The notes: a model not told the origin generated them from the sequence alone. Shown: positions 49,090 through 63,010, numbered from the stretch's first letter. The stretch: 64,000 nucleotides of DNA from Hypanus sabinus (GCF_030144855.1 NC_082717.1:13144001-13208000), one strand, 5' to 3'. Made by a program: numbers and translations.

Positions 49090-51430
49090 GGAAGGTGTTG
49101 CGTTTGGCAAATACATTGATAAGTTGGATGAGAATATATGTAAGGCTATTACTGAATTTGCAGATGACACCAAAATTGAAGGTATATAATGGACAGTGAA
49201 GGAGGTTGTCCAGTTACAATTGGACATACATCCACTGCAAAAGTAAGCAAGGAAATGACAGTTGTAATTTAATTCAGACAAATGCCAAATATTGCATTTT
49301 GGTCAGTTAAACCAGGGTGCACAGTAAGTGGCAGGGCCCTGGAGATTGTGGCAGAATAGCAGGTCCTCTAGGTAGTATTCCAGAAAGTAGTGAAGAGAGT
49401 GCTTGACTTCATTAGTCAGGCCAGTAAGTGCGGGAGTTGGGATGCAATGTTACAACTGTACAAGACATTGGCAAGATTGCACTTGGGGTATTGTGGACAG
49501 GGTGATGTAGCTGGAGAGATTCTCAAAGATGTTACTCTGGAACTGGAGGGCTTGAGTTACAAGGAGAGGTTAGGTCTGTTTCTCCGGAGCACAGGGTTTA
49601 AAGAGGTATGTTAAATCATGGATAGATAAACATAGATAAATATGAATTCCTCTGTAGCCTCTTAATCTGTAACCTCCTCCAATCCCTGTGTAATGCCTGC
49701 TCTGCTACATTTCTGGCTGTGTTCAAATCCTCACTTCCTGTTTTAGATTGGAGCACTTGTGCTCTGTCGTTTCCCGTATGCATTATGTGCAGGGTTATTG
49801 TGGAGAGTTCTGGTCATCCAGCAACAGGAACTCTGCCATGTAGCTGGAGAGGGTGCAGGAAACATTCTCAAAGACGTTACTAAGACTGGAGAGCTCGTGT
49901 TACAAGGGGAGACTGGATAGGCTGGGACTGTTTGTTCTGGCGGACTGGAAGATGTCAGCAGATTTAAAGACATATATGAAATCATGAGGGACTCTTTAAA
50001 TCCCTCTGTAGCCTCATGCTGTGTAAATTCCTCCTGTCCCTCTGAACGATTCACAAGCATGTGAGTGCTACTGGAGGGTTTGACCTATAAGGGGAGATTG
50101 GATAGGCTGAGATTGTTTTCTCTGGAATGTAGCAGGCTGAGGGGTGACCTTAGTATGGTTTATAAAGCCATGAGGAGTGTAGATAGAGTAATGGCCATAG
50201 TCCTTTTCCCCCAGGGTAGGGAAGTCCATAGGTAAATGGCATAAATTTATTGTGAGCTGATAATTATTTAACACAACCTGAGGGGCAATTTTAGAACTCT
50301 GAATATTTCATGTATGTGGAATAACTTGCCAGAGAATGCTGTAGATATGGGTATATATACAATATTTAAAAGACATTGTGATAAGAAAGCTTGAGAGAGA
50401 TTTGGGCCTCATGCAGGTAGCTGGGTCTAGATAAGCCATGCATCTGGTTGATAGGGATGAGTTGGGTCTATTTCAATGCTATATAATCAGTGACTCTATC
50501 TTGGGAAGTTAAAGCAGGACAGGGTGGGATAGAGAATGGCAAGGTCCTGGAGAGTGTTTCTGAACAGAGATCTCACCATCACCACTCTGGCCACTTATTC
50601 CAAAGCTAATTATTATTTGTCTGAGAAATTTACCCCTCAAACAAAAGGTTCAGAGAGTTAAGTAATATCTGAGGTTTAGAAAATTATAAGGCTACTAGGA
50701 AGGAGTTTAAGAATGAAATTAGGAGACCCAGAAGGGGCCATGAGAAGGCCTTGGCAGGCAGAATTAAGGAAAACCCCAAGGTATTCTACAAGTATGTGCA
50801 GAGCAAGAGGATAAGATGTGAAAGAATAGGACCAATCCCAGGAAATTATAGACCAGTGAGTCTTACCTCAGTGGCTGGTAAGTTGATGGTGAAGATCCTG
50901 AGAGGCAGGATTTATGAGCATTTGGAGAGGTATAATCAGGAGTAGTCAGCATGGCTTTGTCAAGGGCTGGTCATGCCCTACGAGCCTGATTGAATTTTTT
51001 GAGGCTGTGACTAAACACATTGATGAAGGAAGAGCAGTAGATGTAGTGTATTTAGATTTCAGCAAGGCATTTGATAAGGTACCCCATGCAAGGCTTATGG
51101 AGAAAGTAAGGAGGCATGGGATCCAAGGGGACATTGCTTTGTGGATCCAGAACCGGCTCGCCCATAGAAGGCAAAGAGTGGTTGTAGACGTGTCATATTC
51201 TGCATGGAGGTTGGTGACCAGTGGGGCGCCTCAGGGATCTGTTCTAGGACCCCTTCTCTTTGTGATTTTTATGAATGACCTGGATGAGGAAGTGGAGGGA
51301 TGGGTTAGTAAATCTATTGATAGCACAAAGGTTGGGGGTGTTGTGGATAGTGTGGGGGGCTGTCAGCAGTTACAATGGGACATCAATAGGATGCAAAACT
51401 GGGCTGAGAAGTGGCAGATGGATTTCAACC
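49090..51430 (+). mobile_element. Cluster of CR1 fragments incl. RT piece (50670-51430)
   Basis: ORF 50914-: SQHGF, DFSKAFDKVPH, GAPQGSVLGP, WQMDFN. Confidence 0.75.
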
Positions 51431-51984
51431 CACATAACCCAGATCAAGGACCCTACAACTCATGTTCTCAGTACCTATCTATTATCTGTTTATCTTATTT
51501 TTGTATTTGTACAAATTATTGGCATTTACACATTAGTTCATTTGTCCATCTGTGTGGAATTTTTTTTCAAGTACTATATATAGTTTCTTTGTACTTACTG
51601 TGAATGCCCACAAGAATTTTTTTAAAACACAACTAGAATGTTACAGAAAACACAGGGACAGTGAACGAAACCTCCAATCTTTCTTCCCCCCCCCCCCCCC
51701 AACCACCACCCTCACAAACACACATCACTAGCAAACCTTCCTGCATGGATATTGGTTCCTGTTATACTTGGTAACTTCAGAACATTAAACTAATTCAAAT
51801 GAAGACATGAGAGTCCGAAATGGATGTCGAATTTGAGCTTACTTTAAGTGACGTGATCACATGTCACGTGATAGCATAGTGAAATATGTAATTCACATAT
51901 TTATACATATAACAATATTGGATTACTTAAATGACCAAGAATGCTTAATCAACCAATCTATATATACATAAGATTTATACACAA

Positions 51985-53260
51985 GATGCTCTCCAGTATC
52001 ATTATCTACTCTCACCTCTCTTTTACACTTAATGTATCTGAAGAAACTTTTGGTATCCACTTTAATATTACTTGCTAGCTTACTTTCATATTCCATCTTA
52101 ACCTCCTTACTGACTATTTTAGTTGGCTTCTGTTGGCTTCTAAAAGATTCCTAATCCTCTAACTTCCCAACAATCTTTGCTCTATTATATGTCCCCTCTT
52201 TGGCTTTTATGTTGGCTTCGACTTCTCTTGCTAGACATGGTTGAGTCATCTTTCCTTTAGAATACCTTTTTCTTGTTGGGGTGTATATATCCTGAGGCAT
52301 TTGAATAGTTTCCAGAAATCCCAGCCATTGTTGTTCTGCCATCATCCCTGCCAGTGTTCTTTTTCCATCAATTCTGGCCAGCTCCTCGCTCATGCCTCTT
52401 TACTCCACTGTTATGACCACTTTCTCACAAGGATTCTTTTACCTTAAGCTCACCAATCAATTCTGGTTCAACGCACAACACCCAGTCCAAAATAGTTGAT
52501 ACTCTAGTGAGATCACCCACGAGCTGCTCTAAAAAAGTCATCTCATGGGCTCTCTAGAAATCCCCCTTCATGTAACACAGCAAAAAACCTGATTTTCCAA
52601 GTTTACCTGCATATTGGTCCCACAGGACTATTGTAACATTGCCCTTTTTGTATGCATTTTTTAATCTCCCATTGTAATTTGAACGCCACGCATTTACTAT
52701 TGTTTGGGGGTCTGTATACAACTCCCATCAGGGTCCTTTTACCCTGGCAGTTCCTTAGCTCTATCCACAAAGATTCAACACCTTCCAACTCTATGTCACC
52801 TCTTTCCAATGATTTGATTTCATTTTTTTACCAACAGAGTAAAGCCAACCCCCTCTGCCTTCCTGCCTGTCCTTTTGATAAAATGTGTACCCTTGGACAT
52901 TAAGTACCCAGCTATAATCTTTCAGCCATGATACAATATCATACCTGCCAATCTGCAACTATACTAAAAGTTCACGTACCTTATTCCATATACTGCATGC
53001 ATCCTTTTGATTCCTAACTGTCTGAGATCTTACCAACATCTACCTCCACAACCTCTCCACAACAGTTCCGGGACTGATTCCCATTCTCCTACAACTCCAG
53101 TTTAAACCCCATCATTACCAACTCTTCCCACTAGGATATTAGACCCCTGCTGTTCATGTGCCAACCTTCTCTTTTCTAGATCCTAACTTCCCTGGAAGAA
53201 AGCCCAAAGATCCAAAAATCTTATTCCCTCCCTCCTACACAACTCCTCAGCCCCATATAA
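51985..53260 (-). mobile_element. CR1 LINE APE/ORF1 fragments
   Basis: ORF 52603-52809 (ESLWIEL..GVVYRPP) and 52151-52393. Confidence 0.7.
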
Positions 53261-53356
53261 TCCGCAGAAAGGTCGGCCGAAAGGAAAACTTGTGCTGGAT
53301 CAACGGCTTGCGCAGTCAGGGAGTATTAAAGGACGGACGGCTCAGACTGGTGTCAC

Positions 53357-53790
53357 TGTGTTTGTGAGACCGGTTATATTGCTAGATTTTTCAGCCCTTG
53401 CTATGGGAAATGAATTATTTCCCGGTCATAGGATGCACTCGTTTCCCAGTTCGGTCCTGAAGTAGGAATTAACCGCAAAATTTTAGTTGGTTGCATTATT
53501 TCTGTCGAAAAGCAGCGAACATGTCGACAATCGCAGTAGAAAACGAAGTCCGTGCAGCCGTGAAACTGGTTTATATGGAAAGTGCTGCCTTTAAATCGGA
53601 CCAAACTTCCTTTACAGCAAGTAATCTGGCTTCGGGTACAGACAGAGAGCGGTCTGGGTTTCAGGGGTGACCAATTTTAATTGAAATCGGAGAGGTTTTG
53701 AGGAGAGAGAAACACAGGGAGACGGAGCAGCCAGGGAGGGGACATCAAAATGTCTCCGCCCCGTCCGCTCGCTGCCTTTAAATTGCTCCG
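53357..53790 (+). promoter_or_regulatory. H1 promoter: TG-box (53357-63), H1/AC-box (53711-17), GC box, TATA-like
   Basis: TGTGTTT at 53357, AAACACA at 53711, CCGCCCC ~53756, TTTAAA ~53777. Confidence 0.75.
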
Positions 53791-53841
53791 CACCGCCGCC
53801 TCCTGCTTCTGAGATTGAGAGGTTTGCGCAGAGTCGGCGAC

Positions 53842-54471
53842 ATGACCGAGACCGCAGCCGCCGAATCGGCTCCTTCAGCCGCGCCCGCTGCCACGACCAA
53901 GGCTCTAAAGACGAAGAAGGTGGCGACCCGCACCAAGCCAGCCGGCCCCAGGCTAGGCGGACAAATCGATAAGATTGTGGCGGATTGCCGCGATCGCCGA
54001 GGGGTGTCCATAATCGCGATAAAGAAGGAGTTGGCCGCCAACGGCGTCGATGTGGAGAAGTTCAATCGCCAGATCAAGATGGTCATAAAGAGGAAATTGG
54101 AAAGCGGCTCCCTGGTTCACACTAGGGGCGTGGGTGCCTCCGGCTCCTTCAGGGCCGCTAAAAAAGAGAGTGCCGCCAAAAAAGCGAAGAAGCCAGCGGC
54201 CAAAACATCAGCCAAGAAATCTGCGGCCAAGAAAACAGTGGCTAAAAAATCTCCCACCAAAAAGCAAGGGGTGAAGAAACCAGCGCCTAAAAAAGCGGTA
54301 GCTAAGAAACCAGCGGCTAAAAAACCGGCCGCGAAGAAACCAGCGACCAAGAAGGCTGCGCAGAAGCCCAAGAGCCCCAAGAAGATGACGGCCGCGAAGG
54401 CGGCCAAAAAGTCAAGTGCCAAGCCGAAGGCGAAATCTATGAAGACCAAGCAAAAAGCAGCTAAAAAGTAA
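53842..54471 (+). CDS. H1: Histone H1 (209 aa), replication-dependent type, divergent globular domain
   Basis: MTETAAA N-term, globular domain ending GVGASGSFR, K/A/P-rich tail with SPxK motifs, stem-loop. Confidence 0.95.
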   Translation: MTETAAAESAPSAAPAATTKALKTKKVATRTKPAGPRLGGQIDKIVADCRDRRGVSIIAIKKELAANGVDVEKFNRQIKMVIKRKLESGSLVHTRGVGASGSFRAAKKESAAKKAKKPAAKTSAKKSAAKKTVAKKSPTKKQGVKKPAPKKAVAKKPAAKKPAAKKPATKKAAQKPKSPKKMTAAKAAKKSSAKPKAKSMKTKQKAAKK

Positions 54472-54509
54472 AAAGACAAAAACGCAACTTCTAATGACCT
54501 AAAACCAAC

Positions 54510-54525
54510 GGCTCTTCTAAGAGCC
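54510..54525 (+). terminator. Histone 3' stem-loop (HDE GAAAGAGCTG 54541-54550)
   Basis: GGCTCTTCTAAGAGCC. Confidence 0.95.
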
Positions 54526-54681
54526 ACTCATATCTCCCAGGAAAGAGCTGACTCAAATCGGGTGATTCCTGTCCCCGAACTGGGCTCAGGTGTCGATGCC
54601 AAATCAGGTCCATAAAATCTGGGATCCCCAGTACATCTGACCTTAGTATCAGATCAAACAGCCAGGCTCCGTTCAAAGATA

Positions 54682-54769
54682 AAAACACAAAATGCTGTCT
54701 GGCCTGCTGAGTTCTGCCAGCATTTCTGTGTTTTTATTTCCAGCATATGCAGATTCACTCGTGTTGCCT
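54682..54769 (+). mobile_element. Penelope-type mini-element (5'-inverted, ribozyme part lost) with 14-bp TSD
   Basis: TCCGTTCAAAGATA at 54668-54681 and 54770-54783. Body tctggcctgctgagttctgccagcatt. Confidence 0.75.
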
Positions 54770-54919
54770 TCCGTTCAAAGATAGTTTCTTTCTCATAAAA
54801 TACCGGGTTATCTTCTGCCAGCCGGCGACACTAGAGCGGTATCCCCGCCTCACAGCCAGAAACGTTCCACAATTAAACAGGTTACGGTGACTAAAATTCT
54901 CGGAGAAGGGGAGAGTAGT

Positions 54920-55445
54920 GGGACCAGGATATCACTGTTTAGTATGGGGGTGGGGGAGAGGGCTACTACGCAAGACCGAAAGAAGCTGCTAAAGGCTGTA
55001 AATCTCGTCAGCTCCATTTTGGGTGTCAGCCTACAAAGTACCCAGGCCATCTTCAGGGAGCTGTGTCTCAGAAAGGTAGCGTCCATTATTAAAGACCTCC
55101 AGCACCCAGGGCATGCCCTTTACTCACTGTTACCATCAGGTAGGAGAAACAGAAGCCTGAAGACTCACGGTCAGCGATTCAGGAACAGCTCCCCGCTGCC
55201 AACCGATTCCTAAATGGACATTAAACTCTTGGACACTATCTCACTTTTTTAATATATAGTATTTCTATTTTTTGCATTGTTTTAATCTATTCAATATAAG
55301 TTTACTGTATAAAGTATACTGAATAAGATTTACTTAATTATTATTAGTATTATTTTTATTTTCTTCTAGATTATGTATGGCATTGAATTGCTGCCAAGTT
55401 GAACAAAGTTCACGTCACATGCCGATGCTAATAAATCTAATTCTG
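54920..55445 (+). mobile_element. Rex1/Babar LINE 3' end
   Basis: KVASIIKD.QHPGHAL.SLLPSGRR.RSL and tail aataaatctaattctga. Confidence 0.8.
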
Positions 55446-55794
55446 AGGTCACTGTCTGTGTGCAAAAGTCATTTCGCAATGACTTGAGCGGGAGGAGATA
55501 AAGAATTTAATTACTGATTTTATGTAGATATTATTTGTATTTCAGTCCATGGAGGATTCTTGCAATCATTTCGCGGTTCAGTTTTCCCTCTCAGGCCCTC
55601 AGTACTAGCAGAAGATTAAAATCTCAATTCTCTCTGCCTGCCAGGCGGATTCCCTTTTCTGGCAGGACTGAATTCACTCACACAGTGAAGCTATACACAT
55701 ATTCTGATTCAGCTAATTGAAGAAAGTAAAATCGATTATTTAAATGAACGTGGAATTTAATAATTCGGGTTAGGAACTAGACCCGGTTGTTCTT

Positions 55795-56498
<704 letters not shown>

Positions 56499-56528
56499 AC
56501 CCGACCTCGGCACAAACAACAACAAAAC

Positions 56529-56544
56529 GGCTCTTTTAAGAGTC
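56529..56544 (+). terminator. Histone 3' stem-loop, variant (G.U at second pair)
   Basis: GGCTCTTTTAAGAGTC, with AAAGGGCTG downstream. Confidence 0.9.
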
Positions 56545-56782
56545 ACTAACTAGGCAGATAAAGGGCTGTCTCATTCTGTTTAATTTCATACCCCTCGGTT
56601 GTTTGTGTTTAACGAGAGATCCCTGAATTGCTCACAAAACCCGAGAATTGGCCATTCTGGGCTGTTATATTAACCTCTCCGTTAGGGCATCTGTGTCCCA
56701 CATCCTGCCTTACAGCTGGCTGCTGTGGGTGTGTTTTCCAGGTAATTGTGGTTACTGTTAAGGAAATCGGATTTTCATAAAT

Positions 56783-56939
56783 CCAAGCAACACACAAAGA
56801 TGCTGGAGGAACTCAGCAGGCCAGGAGCATCTATGGGAGAGTTCTGATGGAAGGTTTCGGCCCGAAATGTCGACTATTCATTCCTTTCTATAGATGCTGC
56901 CTAGCCTGCTGAGTTCCTTCAATATTTTGTGTCTGATGA
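56783..56939. mobile_element. Palindromic hammerhead-bearing mini-element with 10-bp TSD
   Basis: Inverted arms around ctgatggaaggtttcggcccgaaatgtcgac. TTTCATAAAT at 56773-56782 and 56940-56949. Confidence 0.7.
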
Positions 56940-57753
56940 TTTCATAAATGCGGTCTTCCATTTAGTAACCAGTCGAATCCATGGTAGGTTCACGGAGACG
57001 CAACAGTTTGCAGATGCTGGTAATACATCCTTTCACAGATTAACTTTTTTTCTCTCTCCTTACAATTTCGCTTTAGACCGCAGTTTAAAAAGAGGGAATA
57101 GTGCATAGCCTGATTAAGTTTACACAAATCAGTCGCGAATACAGCCTCAGTTGCTTTTGGAAGTGTAAATGACCAGGATGATTTTGAATCTTGGATTGTG
57201 ATCTAAAAAAAAACCTGGCCTGTTACTGTAAAATAAATCTTGAGCAATTTAATGAGTTACCGTATGTCTTCACTGACTACGGAAGACTAACTTTTTCGGC
57301 GGGCTTTTCAAATTTTAGGTCATCCGGGGAACTAACTGACAGTTACTTCCCGCGCTTTTCTTGCTGCCCTCTGTTCATTGGTGAATAAGGTAGCTCTCTC
57401 ATGGGGTTATTGTGTTCAGCACAAGAGTTGGAATTTAATCTCCAGACATTATAACCGTTAATAATGTGGCAGCCGCACTTTTCACGACCCGATGCCGCCG
57501 AGTCTGTGTTGCTCGTATTTCCAGCATCCGCAGATTTTCTCTGGTCTGTGTTCTCAACGGTTTCAGTCCTGTAGCGTAATTGGCATAAACAGTTACTTCG
57601 TCAACCCGTTTGTTTTAAATTTAATCGCAGATTTGGGAAATAAAGAGTTAACATTTCAGGTCAGTGACATCGGATCTGCTCTTTCTGTGAGGCGGTGGGA
57701 GGCTCGGGTCTGAGAGGAGTCTTTGATTTGTGCTCGGGGAAAAAAGGAGTTCC

Positions 57754-57966
57754 TCAGCCGCCGAGGCCATTTGAGAGTGCGGCTCCGGAGTTTCAGATCG
57801 GACACTACATCCATGGCAGTGACCGTCTGGCGCTTGGCGTATTCGGTGTAAGCGACCGCGTACCGAATCCCATTCTCCAGGAAATCCTTCGGCACCCCGC
57901 TACTCTCCGGCCAGATCCACGCCGAGCATGACGGCCACTGATGGGTTTGGTGATCCCCTGGATGTT
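57754..57966 (-). pseudogene. H4: Histone H4 pseudogene (5'-truncated, deleted)
   Basis: NIQGITKP..., [27 protein letters not shown], ...GG*. Degenerate stem-loop and AAAGAGC downstream on the minus strand. Confidence 0.88.
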
Positions 57967-58827
57967 AATAAAGCCAGATAATGCAAGAAATACTCACAGC
58001 TCTTTCTACATTTATCATTTCCGGCATTGTCTAGATTTATTTCAGTCACACAAATACTTGGCCACCCACTGGGCTACATTCACTCTTTACACGACGGCAG
58101 TAAACTTACAGCAAACAACACGGTAGAGTAGTGGTTAGCACAAATTGGGGGTTGTGCTGTAACTCAATAAATAAATAAATAAATAAACAAACGGACAATA
58201 CACCACTGTACTACAGGGAAAGAACACAGGCTTATAACACACTATACTGTACAACAGATGCTGAATTACTATAAGGATTGAAGAAGGTGGGAGATAAATG
58301 ATTGAGTGGTAGAGGAAATGAGGCCAATGGGACTGATAGAGGAGTGGAGACTAGGGGCAGATCAACCATGATATGGAATTGTGGGCTGGGTCTGATGACC
58401 TACTCCTGCTCCTGTGTTCCCGTGGTTATATGAAGGCATTGACCTTTAAAAACACAGTATTGTACTGCGAGGCCACGGGTCTTGACAGCACTGAGCATTG
58501 CGCTGTGAGGGTCCGCACAGCATGGAGCATGCGCAGTGAGGGCTCAGGCTGTTACTTCATAGACTGTTCTGTGAGGATATCAGACTTTACAACAGAGAGT
58601 TTTGCACTCTGAGGACAGAGCGGGACACCACCAGCAATCGAGTGTATAGGAATAGAGGGTTATAATCCAAGCACTGCATGAGTTACAACTCCCCACACAG
58701 TCAGAATGCTGCAGTTTAAGGATACATCAGCCAGTAAGTAGTTCAACAACACAGAGTTTACAGACCGCAGCCCTGCATCTTCAGGACGGAGCCACATAAA
58801 CCACCTCTCCCTTACCCCAAACAGAAA

Positions 58828-59220
58828 CATTTTTTTCGGAAAATACTTTATTCAGGAATATTTCAAAATAAAGTTGTTTACATAGAAGAAAACATTCGTT
58901 AAATCTGAATCATTACACAATAAATTATTTACAATAAATTATGCTTTGGCTCTCTGTTCCTATTCAAATTAAAGATGTTTACAATAAACCATTCATTGAC
59001 TCTCAACTTTAGGCGTGGATTAAAGACTTATTTACAATAAAATAAAAATTATTAACAATAAACATCCGGGTGTTGACTTTCATTCCTTTACCAAAGTTCC
59101 TTTGCAGTCTATACATTTCCAGCCACTCCTGGGGCACCATGTTGACTCATCTATCCCCCCATATAGAAACTCAGCGGTGAACAACACGGTGATGGAACTT
59201 TACGGAGGCCTTCCCCACGA
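58828..59220 (-). mobile_element. Probable L1/Tx1-type LINE 3' end
   Basis: T-run then TTTATT (rc poly(A) signal and tail), AT-rich body with repeated tttacaataaa. Family assignment by eye. Confidence 0.4.
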
Positions 59221-61026
59221 GGACACAGACTGATAAAACTCTCCACACAGCCCAATGAGCAAACAGACTTGTGACCTCACAGTCGAGCATTCTAGTGCAT
59301 TATTAAACACCGGTACAACCCCAGCACTACAAGGACAGACATCTGTGCAGCCCTGACACTGGACTGCAATTCATGGAGATATCAGATAAGAGCAAAGATC
59401 TGCTCCCCCTGGTGGTAGAGTCCAGAACAAGGGGAAATGGCCTGAAACTGAGAGCTGTGCAATGGGAGGTCAAGGAACACGTCACAGAAACCAGGGTCAG
59501 TGCAGAGGGCAGAGCAGACGGGGTTTGACATGGGAGCGTTGGAAGGGGAAATTAAATCTATTTTGTTGCATTGGCGAGGAGCTGACCTCAGAGAGTTGAT
59601 CAGCAGGAGAGTGTGTGGGGTTGTTGTATTGACAGAGACATGGCCTTTCAGAGGAGAGAACATTAAGGTGGATAAACCCCAGGAACTGATCAGTTGTAAC
59701 CTAGGATATTGTGAGAAAGTGGAAAATAATTGAAGGGGCACTGGCAGAGAAGTCTGCATTTCCTTCAGCAATGGGTGAGGTACTGGAACACCAGAGGGTG
59801 GTTAATGTAAACCTTTGTATAGGCAAAGGCAAGGCAGGGGGCAAGCCTGTGAGCCTACATCAATGGTTACACTATCAGCTTCCTGGAAGGAGACAGAGGG
59901 TGGTATCCCATATAGTCACCAGCCTCTGCATGAAAATGTAGACTCGCAATTCCCTGTTTACATTGCTCCGCACTCTCCCTAAATCCATGTCTCTAATTTT
60001 GATCTTTCCCACCCTGGGGTGTTACCATCCATTTTATCTACATCCTTCATAATTTTAAACATGGCTATCATGTCACCCTTCATTCTCCTACACTACAGGG
60101 AACGGTGAGCTTGCCTATCCAACCGCTCCCTAGAGCTGAAGCCCTCTCGCCTGGTAACAGGGTGACCAAGTTTGTACACGGTCCTCCAAGTACGGCTTCA
60201 CCAATGACAGCAATATAATGTCTCAATTCTCACTTCAACATCCTGTCTCTCTGTGATGCTATGTTCTAGGCACTGTTACATTAAGCTTGGTACACCCTTG
60301 AATAGAAAGTCCTACAAAAAGTAGTGGATACACGGGTAAAGCTCTCCCCCACCACGGAGCACATCCACACAGACCGTTATCACAGGAAAGCAGCATCCAT
60401 CATTGGGGATCCCTACCAAATAGGACATGCTCTTTTCTTGCTGCTGCCATCAGGAAGAAGGTAAAGGAGTGTCAGGACTCACACCACCAGGTTCTGGAAC
60501 AGTTATTATCCTTGAACCAGAGGGGATAACTTCACTTAACTTCACTTTCCCCATCACTGAACTGTTCCCAGAACCTATGGAATCACTTTCAAGTACTCTT
60601 CATTTCAAGTTCTCAATATTTATTGCTTATTTACCTATTATTCCTCCAAATGGACCACAATTTTGTCATAGGGTTTGGAGGCTGGCGTGCCTTAATGATA
60701 TGTTAGCTGGAGTCAGGGCTTTATGTTGTGGCTCTTGGTAGGGTTCTACATGCTGAACAGTTCAAAGAGTAAAGGCTAGACAAAGAGTCCTCCAGGTTCA
60801 GGGCTTCAGCTCAGGGCTAGTGACCTTGACTGGTAAAACAAAACTGTTACAGAAACAACAATGAGGTATCCTCCCACATCTGAGTGTGACAATATTCCTG
60901 AGTTTCCACTTGCATAACTGACAAGAGTGAAAACCGATCTTACTGACACGATGAAGAAGCCCTGAACACAACTAGGGTTGGGGGACCTGCATTGCTGCCC
61001 TAAACAATGGGCAGTAGATAAGCAGG

Positions 61027-61095
<69 letters not shown>

Positions 61096-61118
61096 GTTGT
61101 TGTTGTTGTTGTTATTAT
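61027..61118. repeat. (TAT)n/(TGT)n microsatellite
   Basis: Directly visible trinucleotide arrays. Confidence 0.98.
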
Positions 61119-62634
61119 TTTAGCATTTTCAGTTTGCTGCCTTTTGCCCAATGGTTGAATGACCAAGTTTGTGTGGTCTTTCATTGATTCTATTTTGGTT
61201 ATTATTCGATCGTGGATTTATTGAGTATGCCAGCAAGAAAATGAATCTCAGTGTTGGTGACAAAGTAGAGTCACAAAATAAAACTGACAGCTAAGCTTCG
61301 TGAAAACTTCAAGAATTTTTTATCAGTATATTAATAAATGGTGTTTTAAGTACTTTAAGAACAAGAGGGTAACCAAGGATGAGTGGGGAGTGTTAGGAAT
61401 CAAAGTGACAAGCTGTGTGTGTGGGCAAGGCCTGAAATGAATAGTTCTCATCTGCTTTCAGTGGGGAGAAAGACATTGTGGGTGCAGATTTCAGCTGGAA
61501 TAGTGAGATTCTAGAGTGCATTAAGGTTACAAAAGGAAGGGTTATTGTACATCTTAGCAGGGACAAAGGTGAATAAATCCCCAAGGCCTGAAGATATCAG
61601 ATCCTACACTGCTGTGAGAGACAACAGTGGAGAGTGTTAAGGCCCTGGCAGCGATATTCAAACCTTCATTGGTCACAGGTAAGGTGTCAGCTGACACATT
61701 TGTGGGATGTTCATTCCAGAACCATAACAGGGATAAGACAGGGAATTATAAGATTCAGATTCAGTTTCAGTTTATTGTCATTTAGAAACCACAAGTGCAA
61801 TGCAGTTAAAAAATGTGACACCATTCCTCCAGAATGATATCACAAAAGCATATGACAAAACAGACTACACTAGAAAATCCACATAACATATGGCAATCCC
61901 CAATCCAGAGTCCAGAGAGGCTGCTGCATATTAATTTCGTGCTACCGTCTTAGCGCATTCCCCGGAAAGGAGCTCCAAATCCACCAGACAAACAAGACCA
62001 AAAACTAAAGCTACAAGACCTGCACAAAACCACATAGTTACAACAGTGCAAACAATAGCATAATTGATAAAAAAACAGACTATGGACACAGTAAAAATAG
62101 TCCAAAGATGTTAAAGGACTATAAGTTCAAAAGAAAATAAGCCAGCATTTTTCAAATTATTGTGGGGAAATTGCTAGAAAGATACATTGACATGTATAAT
62201 TTCTACTTGGAATGGAAGGGATGGATTAGTGATGGTTAGTACAGAGAGGTTAGTAGGAGACCCATCTGACTAATTGAATTGATTATTTGAAGAGATCACC
62301 AAATAGATTGATAAGGGCAGTGTGGGTGATGTGGTTCAAATGGAATTCAGTATGACCCACACAGAAGATTGATCCAAAATGTTATAGCCACAGAACCCAA
62401 AACGCGGCTTGGTAACAAGAGACAGAGTTGTTGAGTAATATAGAACAGAAATGGGCCCTTTGGCCCATCTCCTCCATACAAGCCAAAACTCCCATCTAAC
62501 CTAGTCCCATTTCCCATTGCCTGCACTTGACCCATATGCCACATCTTTCCTATGTACTTTTCCAAAATCATTTAAATGCTTTTATTGTGTCTGCTTCAAC
62601 CAACTCGGTGTCTCGGTGCAACAAACAATTGAGA

Positions 62635-63010
62635 TCTGCCCCATCCGCTGTTGATTCATCAGCCTTGCACTGAGATCATCAATCTTATTTTACAGCAACT
62701 GCACATTTACCAACAAGATGCTGGGTAGAGGGGGCTTCATCTCTCTGTGCTTCAGCCTGGTTTGAATTCTTCTTCTCCTACAGCGTTTTTGGCAATGACC
62801 TTGATCCTTATAGGTACAGTGCATAACTGCCCCGCATTTAAACATCGATTGTGAAATCTGAAGATCATTGATGTAATTTCATAATCTGTTATTAAGAGGA
62901 AATTTACCTGCTGCTGATTGCAATGAAAGTAATTGAAAAGGAGTATATTTAAGAGGAAAACTGATACAGTTTTCTAAGCCCACAGAGAGTTGTCAATGCA
63001 TGCCAGTATC
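62635..63010 (-). mobile_element. Rex1/Babar LINE 5' fragment
   Basis: Similar to 2660-2900 (LL.NVQ.L.NKIDDL on the minus strand). Confidence 0.6.

Noticed and set aside
60972-61187. Poly-Ile / poly-Tyr-Cys ORFs
   Set aside because: Translation of a (TAT)n(TGT)n microsatellite.
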